Both the position numbers and the translations under genes were made by a program. Below the pieces are notes generated by a model. That model worked only from the letters and a program-made list of their open reading frames with translations. It searched no databases and was not told where the DNA came from. From assembly GCA_964016885.1 (NCBI GenBank), contig OZ024753.1, forward strand, positions 44,454,001 through 44,518,000: 64,000 bases of DNA, in the 5' to 3' direction. Source of the stretch: Eledone cirrhosa (taxonomy: Eukaryota). Positions 13,123 through 26,915 of the stretch are shown piece by piece. The stretch's first letter is position 1, and the number at the start of each line of letters is the position of its first letter.

Positions 13123-13634
13123 CTGTAAAACATGGTTTTCAAGATAATGTTTCAAAGAAAATATCTGTTTCAAAGATCTAGTTAAGAGGGAAGCTAATAG
13201 CCATTTTATACAAAGAAACAACCAATACGATAATTTTAAGAGATTCTTTGGTCTCTGACATCTCATGGATGTGTTTGTGTGGAAATTATGATATTTTCTG
13301 GGAATTATCTGTAAGATAATGGTAATAATATTATTATTATTATTATTGCAAGCAGGGAAAAGCGGACGTAAAATGATGATGATGATTATTATTATTGGGG
13401 ATCATTAATACAAGATCCTATTTAAAACTGACATTTTATATTTGTTTTTTTTTTATTTTTAGGATTTTGGTTTTTACATTTTCATAGGTTTTTTTTCTTT
13501 AAAAAAATAGTTAACCCTTTCATTAACATGTTTTTAATGAAAGACATTGCTTTGGGTTCTAACATCATTTAGAAAATGATCAAGAATTTGTAAAGATTTA
13601 ACAAGATAACAAAATTTCTCATTATTAGATTTGT

Positions 13635-13733
13635 GTTAACTTTGCCTTTCATCCTTACTGGGTCGATAAAATAAAGTACCAGTAATGTACTGGGTAATTG
13701 CTGGCCTTGTGCCTAAAGTAGAAACAATTATTA
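13635..13733 (+). mobile_element. family A SINE 3' fragment
   Basis: core plus GCCTTGTGCCTAAAGTAGAAACAATT end. Confidence 0.75.
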
Positions 13734-13842
13734 GATTTGTGTTTAAGAACATAACTTAACAAAGATTCTGAGATAAAATTTAATGGAAGGTTTTTAGATT
13801 GATATAAATCCTTTGAAATAACCACCTTAGTACAGTTGAATG

Positions 13843-14080
13843 ACCGAGGTTAATTTTGCCTTTTCTCCATTCCAGGTCGATAAAAAAAGTACCAGTTCAG
13901 TACTGGGGTCTATTCATCCTTTATATCTCTTTCTCACTTCCATTCTCTCACTCTCTTTATCCTTCTCTGGAAGAAATCTGCTGGAGAGGTGATGGCTTCC
14001 GCCATGTTTTGAAATACCTAAGAAATGCATTATGTTAATACAGTACCCCTACAACTCCCTTTGGAGTTACGGGAGCATGC
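13843..14080 (+). mobile_element. family A SINE, long-tail variant
   Basis: core followed by CTCTTTCTCACTTCC..CCTCTGGAAGAAATCTG tail shared with 17800-18120 and 53735-53950. Confidence 0.6.
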
Positions 14081-14349
14081 ATAGTAGAATGAGGATGTGA
14101 TGATGGGATCAGGCCATTTGATATCAAAGGATTTAAACATGAAAGACAGTGAAGTACTAATGCTACTATTTATTAGTTATCACTACAAGACTGAAGACTG
14201 GATCAATTCAGTCTTCAACAATTCCACATTTTCACTTAATTCAAATATTTAACAAATTAACTAAAAAAATTATAATGTATTGAGTTTGTTTTAAAAAGTG
14301 CTTATTCAGCTGGCCATGGCTCTCAGTTTGATCTCTGAGTTAACCTGTG

Positions 14350-14465
14350 ATGGGGGCATAGCTTTGGTTAGAGAACTGGATTGACAATCGTGAGGTTGCA
14401 AGTTCGATTTCTGGACCATCAAATGTTTTATGTAAATGAGCAAGACACTTTATTTCACGTTGCCA
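14350..14465 (+). mobile_element. family B SINE head fragment
   Basis: TGGTTAGAG..AGTTCGATTTC..GAGCAAGACACTTTATTTCACGTTG. Confidence 0.65.
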
Positions 14466-14571
14466 CGATTGCAACAGTTAGATAGTATCAGCATGAATAT
14501 ATCAAGTGAGATAATCTAAGTCCCAAACCTCAGAATCAAATTAGTTGATGGCTGGTCTCTCAACTCCACTG

Positions 14572-14610
<39 letters not shown>

Positions 14611-14612
<2 letters not shown>

Positions 14613-14757
14613 CGATTGACTTTCGTTAAATTGGACCGAGGAAACAATGTTTCTGTTGGTCTTTCCAATTGCTAATACAATCCATCGGTCACAACTCCAG
14701 GTAGAAGGAGCAACGTGAAATAAAGTGTCTTGCTCAAGGACATAACGCATCACCCGG

Positions 14758-14760
<3 letters not shown>
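14611..14760 (-). mobile_element. family B SINE with stem-loop tail variant
   Basis: CORE plus GGACCGAGGAAACAATGTTTC..TTGGTCTTTCC tail, as at 58091. Confidence 0.75.
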
Positions 14761-14794
<34 letters not shown>

Positions 14795-14925
14795 AAATGG
14801 CTGGAAATATTTGTATAGGTTTGCTAAGTACTTGTTTTCATGTTAGTGTGTATGTACATATGTGTAAAACAAAACATTTGATACATAGAAAACCCACCAA
14901 GAGAAGAAACACACAAATAACTTAC

Positions 14926-14943
14926 GTGTTGCTTAATAATAGA
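14926..14943 (-). CDS. candidate 18-nt microexon (SIIKQH)
   Basis: long polypyrimidine tract ending GTATTTTTTTAG|, donor CAC|GTAAGT; frame-preserving and in phase with 13081-13122. Confidence 0.4.
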
Positions 14944-15436
14944 CTAAAAAAATACATGTTCAAAAACAGCCAAGAATAAAAGAAGAAAATTACAATTTAA
15001 TACCAAAGAAAAAAAAGAATGAGTGGTTGGTTTCATAGTTAGGGAAGAATTACCAAAATAATGCAAAAGAAGAAAATATATAACTATATATAAATAACTG
15101 TTCCAAACAACAAGGAATTGCAGTCTGAAATTACTTTTACTTTCTTCTTTAAACTATTTTATTCTCAACCCCTTTCTCATTCATTACCTCTGGTTCAAGA
15201 AAGAGCAGGATTTTTTTTTTGTGAGGGTTGGCGTGTGGTCTTATTGACAGGGTCATCATTTTGTACTGAGTTGAAGAACATCAGGTTTACCAATTTTAAC
15301 AAAAGGTTAAAGTGTAAGTTTAGCAGAAGTTTAACAGATAGAAGAAAGGTTGTTATTCATAAGAGTTGGAATAAGAGAGGAAGCAAACACTAAGTCCAAA
15401 AGTGAGTGGGATGAAATGAATATTTATTTCTGCTAT

Positions 15437-15630
15437 GTGTGAAGGTATATGGCCTAGTGGTAAGGATGTTTAACTTACAATCATGTCACAGGTTCAATTC
15501 CTTGACTGGGTTGTGTGTTGTGTTCTTGAGCAAACCACTTCATTTCCTGTTGCTCCAGGACACTCTGCTGAAAATGAGTACCAGTAGTAAATGTGGGTTT
15601 AAATCTGTGATGGACTGACATCCAGTAAAT
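15437..15630 (+). mobile_element. family B SINE, diverged
   Basis: GTGAAGG..TGGCCTAGTGGTAAGG, GGTTCAATTCC, TTCTTGAGCAAACCACTT. Confidence 0.65.
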
Positions 15631-15796
15631 GACAAAAGAATCAAACTTGGGCAATTTGGTGGTTTTCAGGCCATTACACTGTAGCCAGGCTGACCGACTG
15701 GCCTGTCCAAACCAGGACTGCTTGTGGCTCAAGCTTCTACTCAGTGTTGGTAGCGTTTGAATACCTAGTGGTCATTTTTCACTGGCACCACCATAA

Positions 15797-16040
15797 TCAT
15801 TTTACATCTGCTTTTCCCTGCTTGCAAGGGTGGGATGGGTCCTATTCAACACAGCATCTCTCCACTTGTCACGGTTCTTCGTCATCTCCTCCGTGAATTT
15901 CAGCGAGCTGAAGTCTGCTCTAACCACCTCCACCCATGTTTTTCGTGGTCTTCCTCTACTGCATCTTCCTTCTACTGGGATTTCTTGGCCCTTCTTTACC
16001 AGCGGTCATCCTACATGCGCATCACATGTCCATACCATCT
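15797..16040 (-). mobile_element. RTE LINE 3' fragment (same family as 35340-35684)
   Basis: reverse complement matches the 35440-35670 ORF end and 3' tail. Confidence 0.85.
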
Positions 16041-16958
16041 CATATATTATATATATATAATTGAATTAGTAACTTTGGTGATGCCCATTTCTTCCATCCT
16101 GGGGGTCTTACATACCCTGTTGTTAGACAGTTTTCTGTAGTCAAGGAATAGAGTGAATATTACTTATACAATTGAATTTTGAAATTTCTCTGCCATCTTC
16201 TCAGCAAGTGATACTTATACATACATATATATATATACACATACATATATACATTCATTCATAGATATATATTGTGTGTGTATTTGTGTCCATCTCATTC
16301 ATATAATACAAAGTAACTTGAAGTAGATGGAAATGGCTCTTAAGAGTTCCTTGTAGTTTATAAGAGGTATTTATTATTTATGTTGTATAATTTATATTTT
16401 GTCTTGTCAAAGGAAAGAAGTCAAAGAGAGTTCAGTGTTTGACCTGACTGATGGTAAAACACATTTACTCTTTCATTGAACACATGAACTTGTCATAATA
16501 TGCCACCTCGACCAACTTGATGCAATAGAGAATAACTACGTGAAGAAATGTTAAAAGATACCAAAAACAAAAATGACAAAAACAAACCAAAGGAAACAAA
16601 AAAGTAAAACATAAAGTCATGTCAGAAGGTGTGAAGTTTGTTAATATTTAATTCTGACTCTTAAAAACTAGAAATCCTAGTTTATTACCTTTATAGATTC
16701 TTGAGACATTGCAAAAAAATAAATTTCTTCCGTTTATTTATTTATATATTTTTTTGTTTTGTCCGATTATATTTTATATTACTTCAACCATTAGAAACTT
16801 AGTAGAAACTTGCTTTTCTTGCCAATTGCCCCCTCCCATAGCTTCCTTTAACATTCCAGAGGTTTCTGGTTTGGTTTTCATAAGTTTAATACATAATTTG
16901 ATGGTGTAATGTTGCTCCATGTTTCCCCTGCATCTTGCCACATGTTGACAGATTGGGA

Positions 16959-17742
16959 TCACCACATACAACACTGTTGATTTTACCACATACAACACTG
17001 TTGATTTTACCACTTACAACACTGTTGGTTTCACCACTTACAACACTGTTGATTTTACCACATACAACACTGTTGGTTTCACCACTTACAACACTGTTGG
17101 TTTCACCACTTACAACACTGTTGGTTTCACCACTTACAACACTGTTGGTTTTTACCACATACAACACTGTTGGTTTCACCACATACAACACTGTTGGTTT
17201 CACCACTTACAACACTGTTGATTTTACCACTTACAACACTGTTGGTTTCACCACTTACAACACTGTTGGTTTCACCACATACAACACTGTTGGCTTTACC
17301 ACTTACAACACTGTTGGTTTTTACCACATACAACACTGTTGGTTTCACCACATACAACACTGTTGGTTTCACCACTTACAACACTGTTGGTTTCACCACT
17401 TACAACACTGTTGATTTTACCACTTACAACACTGTTGGTTTCACCACTTACAACACTGTTGGTTTCACCACTTACAACACTGTTGGTTTCACCACATACA
17501 ACACTGTTGGTTTTACCACTTACAACACTGTTGGTTTTTACCACATACAACACTGTTGGTTTCACCACATACAACACTGTTGGTTTCACCACTTACAACA
17601 CTGTTGGTTTCACCACTTACAACACTGCTGGTTTTACCACTTACAACACTGTTGGTTTTTATCACATACAACACTGTTGGTTTCACCACTTACAACACTG
17701 CTGGTTTTACCACCTTATACAACACTGTTGGTTTCATCACAT
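16959..17742. repeat. 24-bp tandem minisatellite, about 32 copies (ACCACWTACAACACTGTTGRTTTY)
   Basis: direct reading; occasional 25-bp units. Confidence 0.95.
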
Positions 17743-17799
17743 CAGTGCTACTACTACTATAACTACCAGTATAACATACAGTTGTTGGTATGGTAAGGT

Positions 17800-18120
17800 C
17801 ACATAACTCCTGATGGAATCATAGGGATGCTGTAGAGGCATACAGCATTTCTTGGGCATTTTTTAAAAAAGCCTAGTGGAGCCCATCCCCTCTCCAGATT
17901 TCTTCCAGAGAAGGACAGAGAGAGTGAGAGTGAGGAAGTGAGAAAGAGATAAAGAGAAAGAATCGTCCCCAGTACTTGACTGGTATTGTTTTTCATTGAC
18001 CTTGAATGGATGAAAGGCAAAGTTGACTTTGGTGGGATTTGAACTCAGACATCATAGAACCAAAACAAATACCGCAAAACATTCTATCTGACATTCTAAT
18101 GATTCTGCCAATTTGTTACC
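17800..18120 (-). mobile_element. family A SINE, long-tail variant
   Basis: GGATGAAAGGCAAAGTTGACTTTGGTGGGATTTGAACTCAG plus the tail of the 13843 copy. Confidence 0.65.
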
Positions 18121-18939
18121 TTATACAGTTCTGAGTCTCGATGAATTAATCAATCAGAATTAAAAGAGAAGAAGAAGAAGAATCCTTTTACTTATTATAT
18201 TTCTTCTTCCCAAAAGAAGAAATATTTCATCATTGTTATTTTTCTTCTATACAAATCAATGATTATTTGCAATCTATCGAATGTTATCATATTTCTTGCA
18301 TGACAATTAATAGCATCGTTAGTTACTTTCATTAGTCTTCTTTCTACTCATTAGCATTTCTGATCAGAGATAGAAATGAATAAATTATTTGAACACTGAC
18401 ATTAATACGATGACTAAAAGTTATCATATGTAGAATCAAGCTACAACAATATAGAAAATAGAAATAAAAATATATCTTGTGCAAATATTGGTTTCTTTTT
18501 TCATTAGATACAAAAATACATCAACATTTATGAAGGGGGAGGGGGGGGGGAATTTGTAACATTCGTGCTTTTTTCAAGAACCTTTGTTACCTGTATATTT
18601 AGCACCCTAGACTAGTCCTAGAAATAGCAGCTAAATCTGCCTAAAATTACACTCCACAAGATTAAAGAATGGGTTTCAGGACTCTGTCAATTGTCTACCA
18701 CTAGTTCTTCTTGGGACATTATCTTCACATCTTTCCATGAGGCTACAGAATCTTATTAGCACATCTCTCATTAGGTAGTCATGTGACATATCCCGCATGT
18801 CATGTGACACTACCACATGACACACAAATTGCTGGCCTTGTGCCTAAATTAGAAACAATTCTATTATAAAGATGATTGGGTTCAGTTCCCATGTTAAATG
18901 GTAACTCTCCCTGAGATTATTCCCACACACATACACATG

Positions 18940-19140
18940 GTTTCTGGTTTAGGCACAATTTTGGGGAAAGAAGAAGTCGATTAAATCAACCCAGTGCATT
19001 ACTGGTACTTTATTTTATCAATCCCTGTTAGGATGAAAGGCAAAGCTAACCTCAGCAGAATTTGATCTCAGAACGTAAAGGGATGTAGCTCTATGCTGCT
19101 AAGCATGTTGTTTGATGCTCTACTGGTTCTACCAACTCAT
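18940..19140 (-). mobile_element. family A SINE variant
   Basis: core and head present; extra GGGGA..AAGTCGATTAAATCAACCC insert shared with 19730-19940. Confidence 0.7.
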
Positions 19141-19729
19141 TGCTTTCACCACCACCCCACACACACATATACAATGAGTTTCTATCTCTCAAGTTTTGAC
19201 TTACAGGGCATTAGTGAATATGAGGCTATAAAAGGAGAAACTTGCTCAAGGAGCTGTACAGTGGAATAGAGAGTAGAACCTAGAGCCACATGGCAGTGAA
19301 ACAAACTTCTTAACTATTCAGTAATGCCTGTATCTATTGTCATATACATATTTTCAATTGTTCGTTTTGGCTTTTTTATTGTATAGATTGCTCGCAGAAT
19401 GGAAAAAAATATATAAATTATAATATGCTCTTTGATGATATTTTTGATTACACGGATGAATATTTTATAGAAAAGATAATAAGACAAGTGCATATGGTGA
19501 ATTAAACAGAAAATAATTTCCTGCTAAATTGGTTGTACTTGTCTGTTGATCTTGTGAGTTATATTCTCATGTAGAACTTACTGTTAGCTCTCATTTATAT
19601 TCCATATACAGATAAATATTTATTTTTCTGATAGGCAACAGATAGAATCTAAACTATATGTAAAGGTAGATTAATGTTAAAAACGTATTTATATATACTT
19701 TTCCGTAGAAAATATATTAGAACATAATA

Positions 19730-19940
19730 ATAGTTTCTGATTTAGGCACAAGGCCAGTGATTTGGGGGAGAGGAAAGTTGATTAAATCAACCCCAGTGTA
19801 TTACTGGTACTTTATTGTATTGACCACGTAAGGATGAAAGGCAAAGCTAACCTCGGTGGGATTTGAAATCAGGACATAAAAAAAAATGTAACTATACACT
19901 GCAACGCATGTATACCAATGCTCTACCGATCCTGCCAATA
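19730..19940 (-). mobile_element. family A SINE variant
   Basis: same structure as the 18940 copy. Confidence 0.7.
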
Positions 19941-20184
19941 ATAGTATTATTTTGATAGTATTATTGTCAGGATGTGTGGTAAGTTTACTAAGAGTGTAAA
20001 CCAGATTCCACAGTCAAAGAATTGGTCAAACTAAAAGTAGGAAAGAATTATCCAACGTGGAATCAAAATTAGAACTGGAACCAAACAGTTCTTTAATTCC
20101 AAAGCCATTTCAGCATCTAAACGTTTTCTTTTTATAATCGGGCAACAAGTTCCCGAATCTCATTCACTTATCAAGTGGGTGTTG

Positions 20185-20390
20185 AACTCATCAAATTGGA
20201 CCAAGGAAACAATGTTTCCATTGGTCTTTCCATTGCTGATACTATCTACCAGTTGCAACTCCTGGCAGAAAGAGCAGCATGAAATAAATAATAAGTATCT
20301 TGCTCAAGGACAACGTGTCAATCATTTTATAACTCAAACTAACAACCTCACAATTACGAATCCAATTCTCTAACCACTAAACTACACATA
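20185..20390 (-). mobile_element. family B SINE, stem-loop tail variant, diverged
   Basis: GGACCAAGGAAACAATGTTTCCATTGGTC..TCTTGCTCAAGGACA..CTAACCACTA. Confidence 0.65.
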
Positions 20391-20761
20391 TCTACTAACA
20401 TAATAAAGAAATGAATAGAATTAATTGTAAATTCACTAATATAGACCTGGGAAATTTAAATAGCATAATGCTATTTAGGGCAACAAGCAGCATAACTAAA
20501 TATTTCTATAGATGAGAAAATATTATAAATATGTATAACTTATTTATAAGTTTAAAATATATTTAGACTTGCTATAGAATAAACATTAGGGAAATAACTC
20601 CAAATTACATATCTTTACATAACTGTCTATCTATTTGTCATCTCTCTCTCTCTCTTTATATCATCATCATCATCATCGTTTAACGTCCATCTTCCCCGCC
20701 AGCATGTATATATATATATATACAAATATTGTTTTAATATATATGTGTGTGGGTGTGTGTG

Positions 20762-20824
<63 letters not shown>

Positions 20825-23800
20825 ACATACACACACACACCCACACATATATATATTAAAACAATAACAGAAGTTCGGACTGGAAAATTTACTTTAGAAT
20901 TTTAATTCTGCAAAACATATATTTCGATGACCCAGCTCTGCTATCCAATTATGGAGCAAGTGATATATTTCTGTACATCTGCAATATATGAAATACTTTG
21001 ATGAGCAACTTGAAACATTAAAATCTCTTGGTGATCTCGTTTACTAACTCACAATTTCCTGACAATAACTCTGTACATGACTTGCATAACCTTTGCAGCT
21101 CATTTACCTACAAATGGATCCCTTAGTAATCACCAGATTGCAGAGAATGGAGACCTGCCAAAAGCCTCCAGCAGTGACCATTTAAATGGGGTAGCAAAGG
21201 GTGTCAAAAGCCTGCAGCAGTGACAGTTTAAATGGGGTGGCATAGCGTAGGATTGAACAGAGTGGTGAATAACTTGGCTGTAGCCAGTGGACCCACAATA
21301 TTTGAAGGGCCATATAATTTATCTCTTTGGGAGGCTAACATGAATAAATACACAAGGAGTCGGACTAAATTTTCAACAGGGGGCCCCTTGGATTAAAGGT
21401 TTTTATGAATTACAGCTTTTAGAATTTTTTGTTGATTGTCAAAATTGAAAATAGGAGTTAATAGTTTCTTTCTAACCTGATGTGATTAATTTTGGAAAAT
21501 TTGGGGAAAATTCTTGTTTATTTTTGTTTGTGGCATATAGTTATGTCCCTTTACATTCTGAGTTCGAATCATTCCAAGGTTTGTCTCATAGTAAGCAGTA
21601 GCTCAAGTGGTGATTATCAATTTAATTAGATGACCTCGATATCATGAACACCAGAGGCTTCTCAAATGATTGACTATTAATTCAAAAATGGTTTGGTGCA
21701 ACTGTTCCAGTTAGCAGAGAAATCTATGAGTATGCAGATGTGACAACCCACATATATTCTAGCCATTAGTAAAAGTAAAATGAATGTTTCACCTTCGAAG
21801 GAGAGATGACTTAAGAAGAAAATGTTATATATATTGTTGACATATCTACTTTTAAGCCAAACTTTTATCTTTAAAGGTAATAATATTAAATATAATAATA
21901 AAAACTAAATAAATGAAGGCAATATTAACCAATAGCTACATTAATTATTTTGTCACATGACACTCAGAATTTATATAGTTTTTGTTTTAGTTTTATTTTA
22001 TATTTATTTTATTTTCTTATATATATATATATATATTTTTTTTTTTGCAGACCAAAAATGATGTATATTTTTATTTCATGTTTCTTTATGTTTCTTAGTT
22101 TCTTATTTATTTATTTATTTATTTTGGAATTTCTCCATTTCCATTGAAAGAGTTTCAATGCCAACATTACGTCTAATAATTGATTACCAAAACAGTTTTA
22201 AGAGATAGATGGAAAAAATGATTAAAATTGCAAAACCATTAAAATAGCAAGACTAGTTGTATAAATTGCTATTCTCCTCCAACAAGGTTTTAGGTACAGT
22301 ATATGATAAAGAACCAAATGTTTGAAATACAGGCACATGTGCCTCACTTAAAGTAGATGAAGGCCCCATTTTTAAGGCTTGTAATATTAATGTTCCTCTA
22401 TTCTGTAATTTATATTTATATTTAGAGGGCTTATTGTAATGTGTATTATTATTATCTATATTTTTACACGTTTTATATGTAAACCCCCACTGTCCTTGTC
22501 TAGTGTATCATCTCCTATATGTCAGCCCTTGTGGCCAATAAATGAACCCATTATTATTATTATTGATGGATTGGGGTCGATAAAATAGAGTACCAGTAAT
22601 GCTCTGGGTAATTGCTGGCCTTGTGCCAAAAGTAGAAACAATTATTATTGATGGATTGGCAGTATCGGTAGAGAGTCGGGCTCCAAGGTTAGCTTGGCCT
22701 TACGGGGTTCAAAAAATAACAGAAACAACAATGACAACAACAACAACAATGACAGAAACATAACAAAAATGACAATAACAACAGAAACAACAACAATAAT
22801 AATAATGATTTATACTATCTTTACAATTCTAAGGATGTAACTGATAACAAATTATTTTAAAGAATGTTAGGGTAGCTAAGACTTTCGAATATGAATAGGA
22901 ATATTAAAACAGGCGTGCACAGGATAAAAACAATAGAAAAAAAACAGAAAATGGACTGTCCCATCCCTGCAGTCAACCCATAGAAATCTTTACAGTTTTG
23001 AAGCTTCTTAATCTTAGAAGCTGGTGGATGAAGATGAATCTTTAGAAGTCTGTTGCAATACAAACACAATGTGAAAACTGAAAGTGAAACCAAAATAAAA
23101 GATATAAAGATGTTGTTACAATAATTTGTGGAAATATTAGAAGATAGAGTTTACATGTACATCATAGTAGACAGGTATACTGCTACTGGTCACAGCCAGC
23201 ATACTGTTGACAAGTTGGCAATCACCCAAGGTGAAGAAATGTTAACAGCAGCAAAAAAAAAATTGAAGAACTGACAGTCATTGAAAGCCAACAAACAGCA
23301 GCGATTTAAAATATGTTGAAGAAAGAAGCCAATACTACAAAACAAATGAACAAAATGGTTGGTATGACTGAAAGATAATAAACTAAACTGTCACAAAATG
23401 CTCCAGATTCAGATGAAGTGGACGGTAAATAAAGATTTAAGATTAACCCTCTTGTGACTATTTCTAACAAAATACACTGTATTCCAATTAATTGATTAAG
23501 AATTTTGAGGGATTTACTAATCTAGAGAAGCAAAATACTTTTATCATTTATTTTTATTGATGGGGTGGACTAGCAGAATTGCTAAATCCTTGGAGGTATT
23601 TCTTCTAGACCCTTTGTGTTTCTGATATCAGATCCATGGTTTGATCAAATATAATTATTTCTACTTTTGGCACAAGGCCAGCAATTATCTCAGTGTACTA
23701 CAGTGTACTACAGTGTACTCAGTGTACTACTTCTCTACCAATACTGCCAATTCACCACCCTATGGTTTGATAAAATATAATACCAGTCAAATACTGCAGC

Positions 23801-24682
23801 CATAGAAAACCAAGTCGAGTGGGGTGAAACTAATTGAATTGGACCAAGGAAACAATATATCAGTTGGTGTTTCCATTCAAAAGAAAATACATATACATAT
23901 ATTATAGCATAGAGTTCGATTGACAAGATCGGAGACCTCCTTCACTTTTGGAGTCTGGGTGGAACTTGTTAAATTGGACCAAGGATATAATGTTTCCATT
24001 GGTTTTCCAGTTCAAAAGAATTTGGTACTTCTTGAGAAAATATATATAAAATTATTAGAAGTTAAGAAATATTTGCAATAAGGCTCATCATCATTTTCAT
24101 TGTATAACATCCATTTCCAACACTAGCATGGATATCTATTAGTATTTCTATTTTAGGAAACACACACCCACATATATAAATCATTAGCTTCTCTGCTTGC
24201 TTCTGCACAAATGTTATATAAATTTCCTATTTCTATGACAACTTGCAAACCCTTGTTGACATTTGTGTCATGGAAAAGATTATTGTGCTTATTTATAAGT
24301 TAAAATCAAGAAAGTGAAGAACCAATTGGAGATTGTTAGGGAATCTACGCAAGCAATAATTAATCCACAGGAGAGTTTCTAGAAGAGTTTAGTAAGTTGA
24401 TTTGTCATTAAGATTACAAATACTTACTTTCTAGTGTTGTTCTTGTCCTCCTTGGTCAGAGAGTTGAGCAGAGAAAGCTGTGGTATCACTTTGGTTACAA
24501 TCTGAGGTGAGAGAGATACTTAGTATGATAAAGTTCAATAGTATTGTACATTGGTATTATATTGGTCAGAGAGTTGAGAAGAGACAACACTGTTATGAAC
24601 TTGGTGTGGATACATTAGTTTGTTAAGGTTAAATAGTATTTATAAAAGGTGTTGATTTGACAAATCATATATTGTATTTCTA

Positions 24683-24982
24683 GGCTCTAAGTTCAAATCC
24701 CATCAAAGTCAGCATTGCCTCTCATCATTCAAGATCAATAAATAAAAAAAGGTACCAGTCTAGTACTGGTGTCGATTCTTCCCCCAGATCCCTTTCTCAC
24801 TTTCTCACACTTCCTCTAGAAGAAAAAATGAAGTACCAGTTTAGTACTGGGGTCGATTCTTCCCCTCCCTCCCATATCTCCATCTCACTTTCACACACTT
24901 CCTCTAGAAGAAAAAAAATGAAGTACCAATCTAATACTGAGGTTGACTCGTCTTCCAGGTCTCTTTCTCACACTTCCTCTAG
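24683..24982 (+). repeat. family A SINE whose core-tail junction (~80 bp) is tandemly triplicated
   Basis: GTACCAGT..AGTACTGG..GTCGATTCTTCCCC..CACACTTCCTCTAGA occurs three times. Confidence 0.7.
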
Positions 24983-25298
24983 ATGATGATGGTGATGATG
25001 ATTTACATAAATTTGTTTAGATGTCGATTATTATATGTAATTTTGGATATGGTGGTTGGACAAATCACTATCCTACCCTATTCTATTATATATCCCATCA
25101 ATGTATTACTATTAATAATCTATTCACAGTTTTCTAACAAGCTGTTCTACTCTTCTGTTACTCAATTTAGAATATCTATATACATCAATTTATACACATG
25201 TTGTTATTATAAAATAGTCATTTTCTGAAATGACTATTTTACTGTCCAGTTACACAAATTCAATTTAGAATATCTATTTGTTTGTTCCTCCCTACATG

Positions 25299-25581
25299 TC
25301 TCCCTCTCATTCATGTGTTCAAGTGAGAGCTTGTGGGAAAATATACTTCTTTCTCTCTCTCTCATCCATGTGTTCAAGTGATGAGAGCTTGTGGGAAAAT
25401 ATACTTCTTTCTCTCCCTCTCATCCATGTGTTCAAGTGAGAGCTTGTGGGAAAATATACTTCCCTCTCTCCCTCTCATTCATGTGTTCAAGTGAGAGCTT
25501 GTGGGAAAATATACTTCCCTCTCTCCCTCTCATTCATGTGTTCAAGTGAGAGCTTGTGGGAAAATATACTTCACTCTCTCT
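25299..25581. repeat. 55-bp tandem repeat, 5 copies
   Basis: GTGGGAAAAT at 25333, 25391, 25446, 25501 and 25556. Confidence 0.95.
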
Positions 25582-25810
25582 AGAATGCCAGCACTTGTTC
25601 TAAATTTGAAAACTAAAACTATTATGCAATGAAAATATGGAAAACATATCAAGAAGCATGAAATATGTAAATAAAAATATACATATTCAAACACTGAATA
25701 ATTAAAACGAGGTATGATTCAAACAATAGAGACAGAAATTATGTAACCCAATCCTACCTGGATTAGATGAAGGCCCCTTCCTCTCATAACTTCAATCATC
25801 TTACTTTGCC

Positions 25811-25812
<2 letters not shown>

Positions 25813-25841
<29 letters not shown>

Positions 25842-26013
25842 CTTCTTCTTCTTCTTCCATCTATTCTTGAGAGGGTCGTAGGGGCAGACTCCTCAAACAC
25901 TCCTTCCAGCGGGTCCTGTCTAAAGCAACCATCTCCAAATGATCTGGCTGGATTCTCAAGTGAGACCAGCTGAGCTCATGGATGTTATCCAACCATCTTC
26001 CTCTGGGTCTACC
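25813..26013 (-). mobile_element. RTE (Rex3/Expander-like) LINE 3' fragment with (GAA)n tail
   Basis: translates GRPRGRWLDNIHELSWSHLRIQPDHLEMVALDRTRWKECLRSLPLRPSQE*; same family as 49383. Confidence 0.85.
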
Positions 26014-26140
26014 CCGTTACATTCTTTGTCTATATTCTGACTGGACACTGGCACCGATTAATTACAGATTTGGTTTGTGAGAATCCATCCCAGACTTGCT
26101 AGCAGGGAAAACACACATTAAATGAAAATAATGATGACTG

Positions 26141-26188
<48 letters not shown>

Positions 26189-26530
26189 CTGTGATGATGA
26201 TGATGATAAGCTTCAATGTAAAGAATGGGATGTATCATGTGTTTCTATTATCATTCAGATGGAAAATTTCTAAAATATACCATTTTTAAATTAGCAGCAT
26301 ATATCTTCTTGGGAATATCTTTGATTTCATTTATATATATATATATAAACCAATATACGTGTATATATATTGGTCTTTTGTTTGTTATGTTTGCTGTCTA
26401 TAACTGAATTTATTAACAATTCCTTGGCACAGTGTCTTTTGCACGAAAATAAACAGTCATTGTTCACATACTGCCAATAATAGTTGTTCTCTCTTTTCAT
26501 TTTCATGCATTATTCAAACAATTTGTTTCA

Positions 26531-26769
26531 CTTTTGTGTTTTTATTTTATTTTATAATACACACAAACACACACACACTATATATATATATACATGCAAA
26601 CATGGAAAATAAATTAAACGAATGATGATGATGATATATTTATATGTGTGTGTGTATACATGTATGTCTATATATATATATATGTATGTATGTATGTATG
26701 TATATGTATGTATGACTTTTGTGTTTTTATTTTATTTTATAATACACACAAACACACACTATATAAATA

Positions 26770-26803
<34 letters not shown>

Positions 26804-26882
26804 CATGCAAACATGGAAAATAAATTAAACGAATGATGACGATGGTGATATATTTATGTGTGTGTGTATACATGTATGTCTA

Positions 26883-26910
<28 letters not shown>
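26531..26910. repeat. local tandem duplication of about 190 bp
   Basis: CTTTTGTGTTTTTATTTTATTTTATAATACACAC and CATGCAAACATGGAAAATAAATTAAACGAATGATGA each occur twice. Confidence 0.85.

Positions 26911-26915
<5 letters not shown>

Noticed and set aside
16959-17742. CRISPR-like appearance of the 24-, 28/30-, 55- and 76-bp arrays
   Set aside because: Units are contiguous with no unique spacers, there are no cas genes, and the context is eukaryotic
16886-17806. ORFs of 80-208 aa across the 24-bp array
   Set aside because: They are open in several frames on both strands and broken by 25-bp units, so they are repeat artefacts
20905-20970. Minus-strand CGAAAUAUAUGUU hammerhead-like 3' half
   Set aside because: No core or 5' stem I strand was found
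22860-23430. Purine-rich coding-like stretch
   Set aside because: Frequent stops and no recognisable domain; possibly a decayed TE but unsupported
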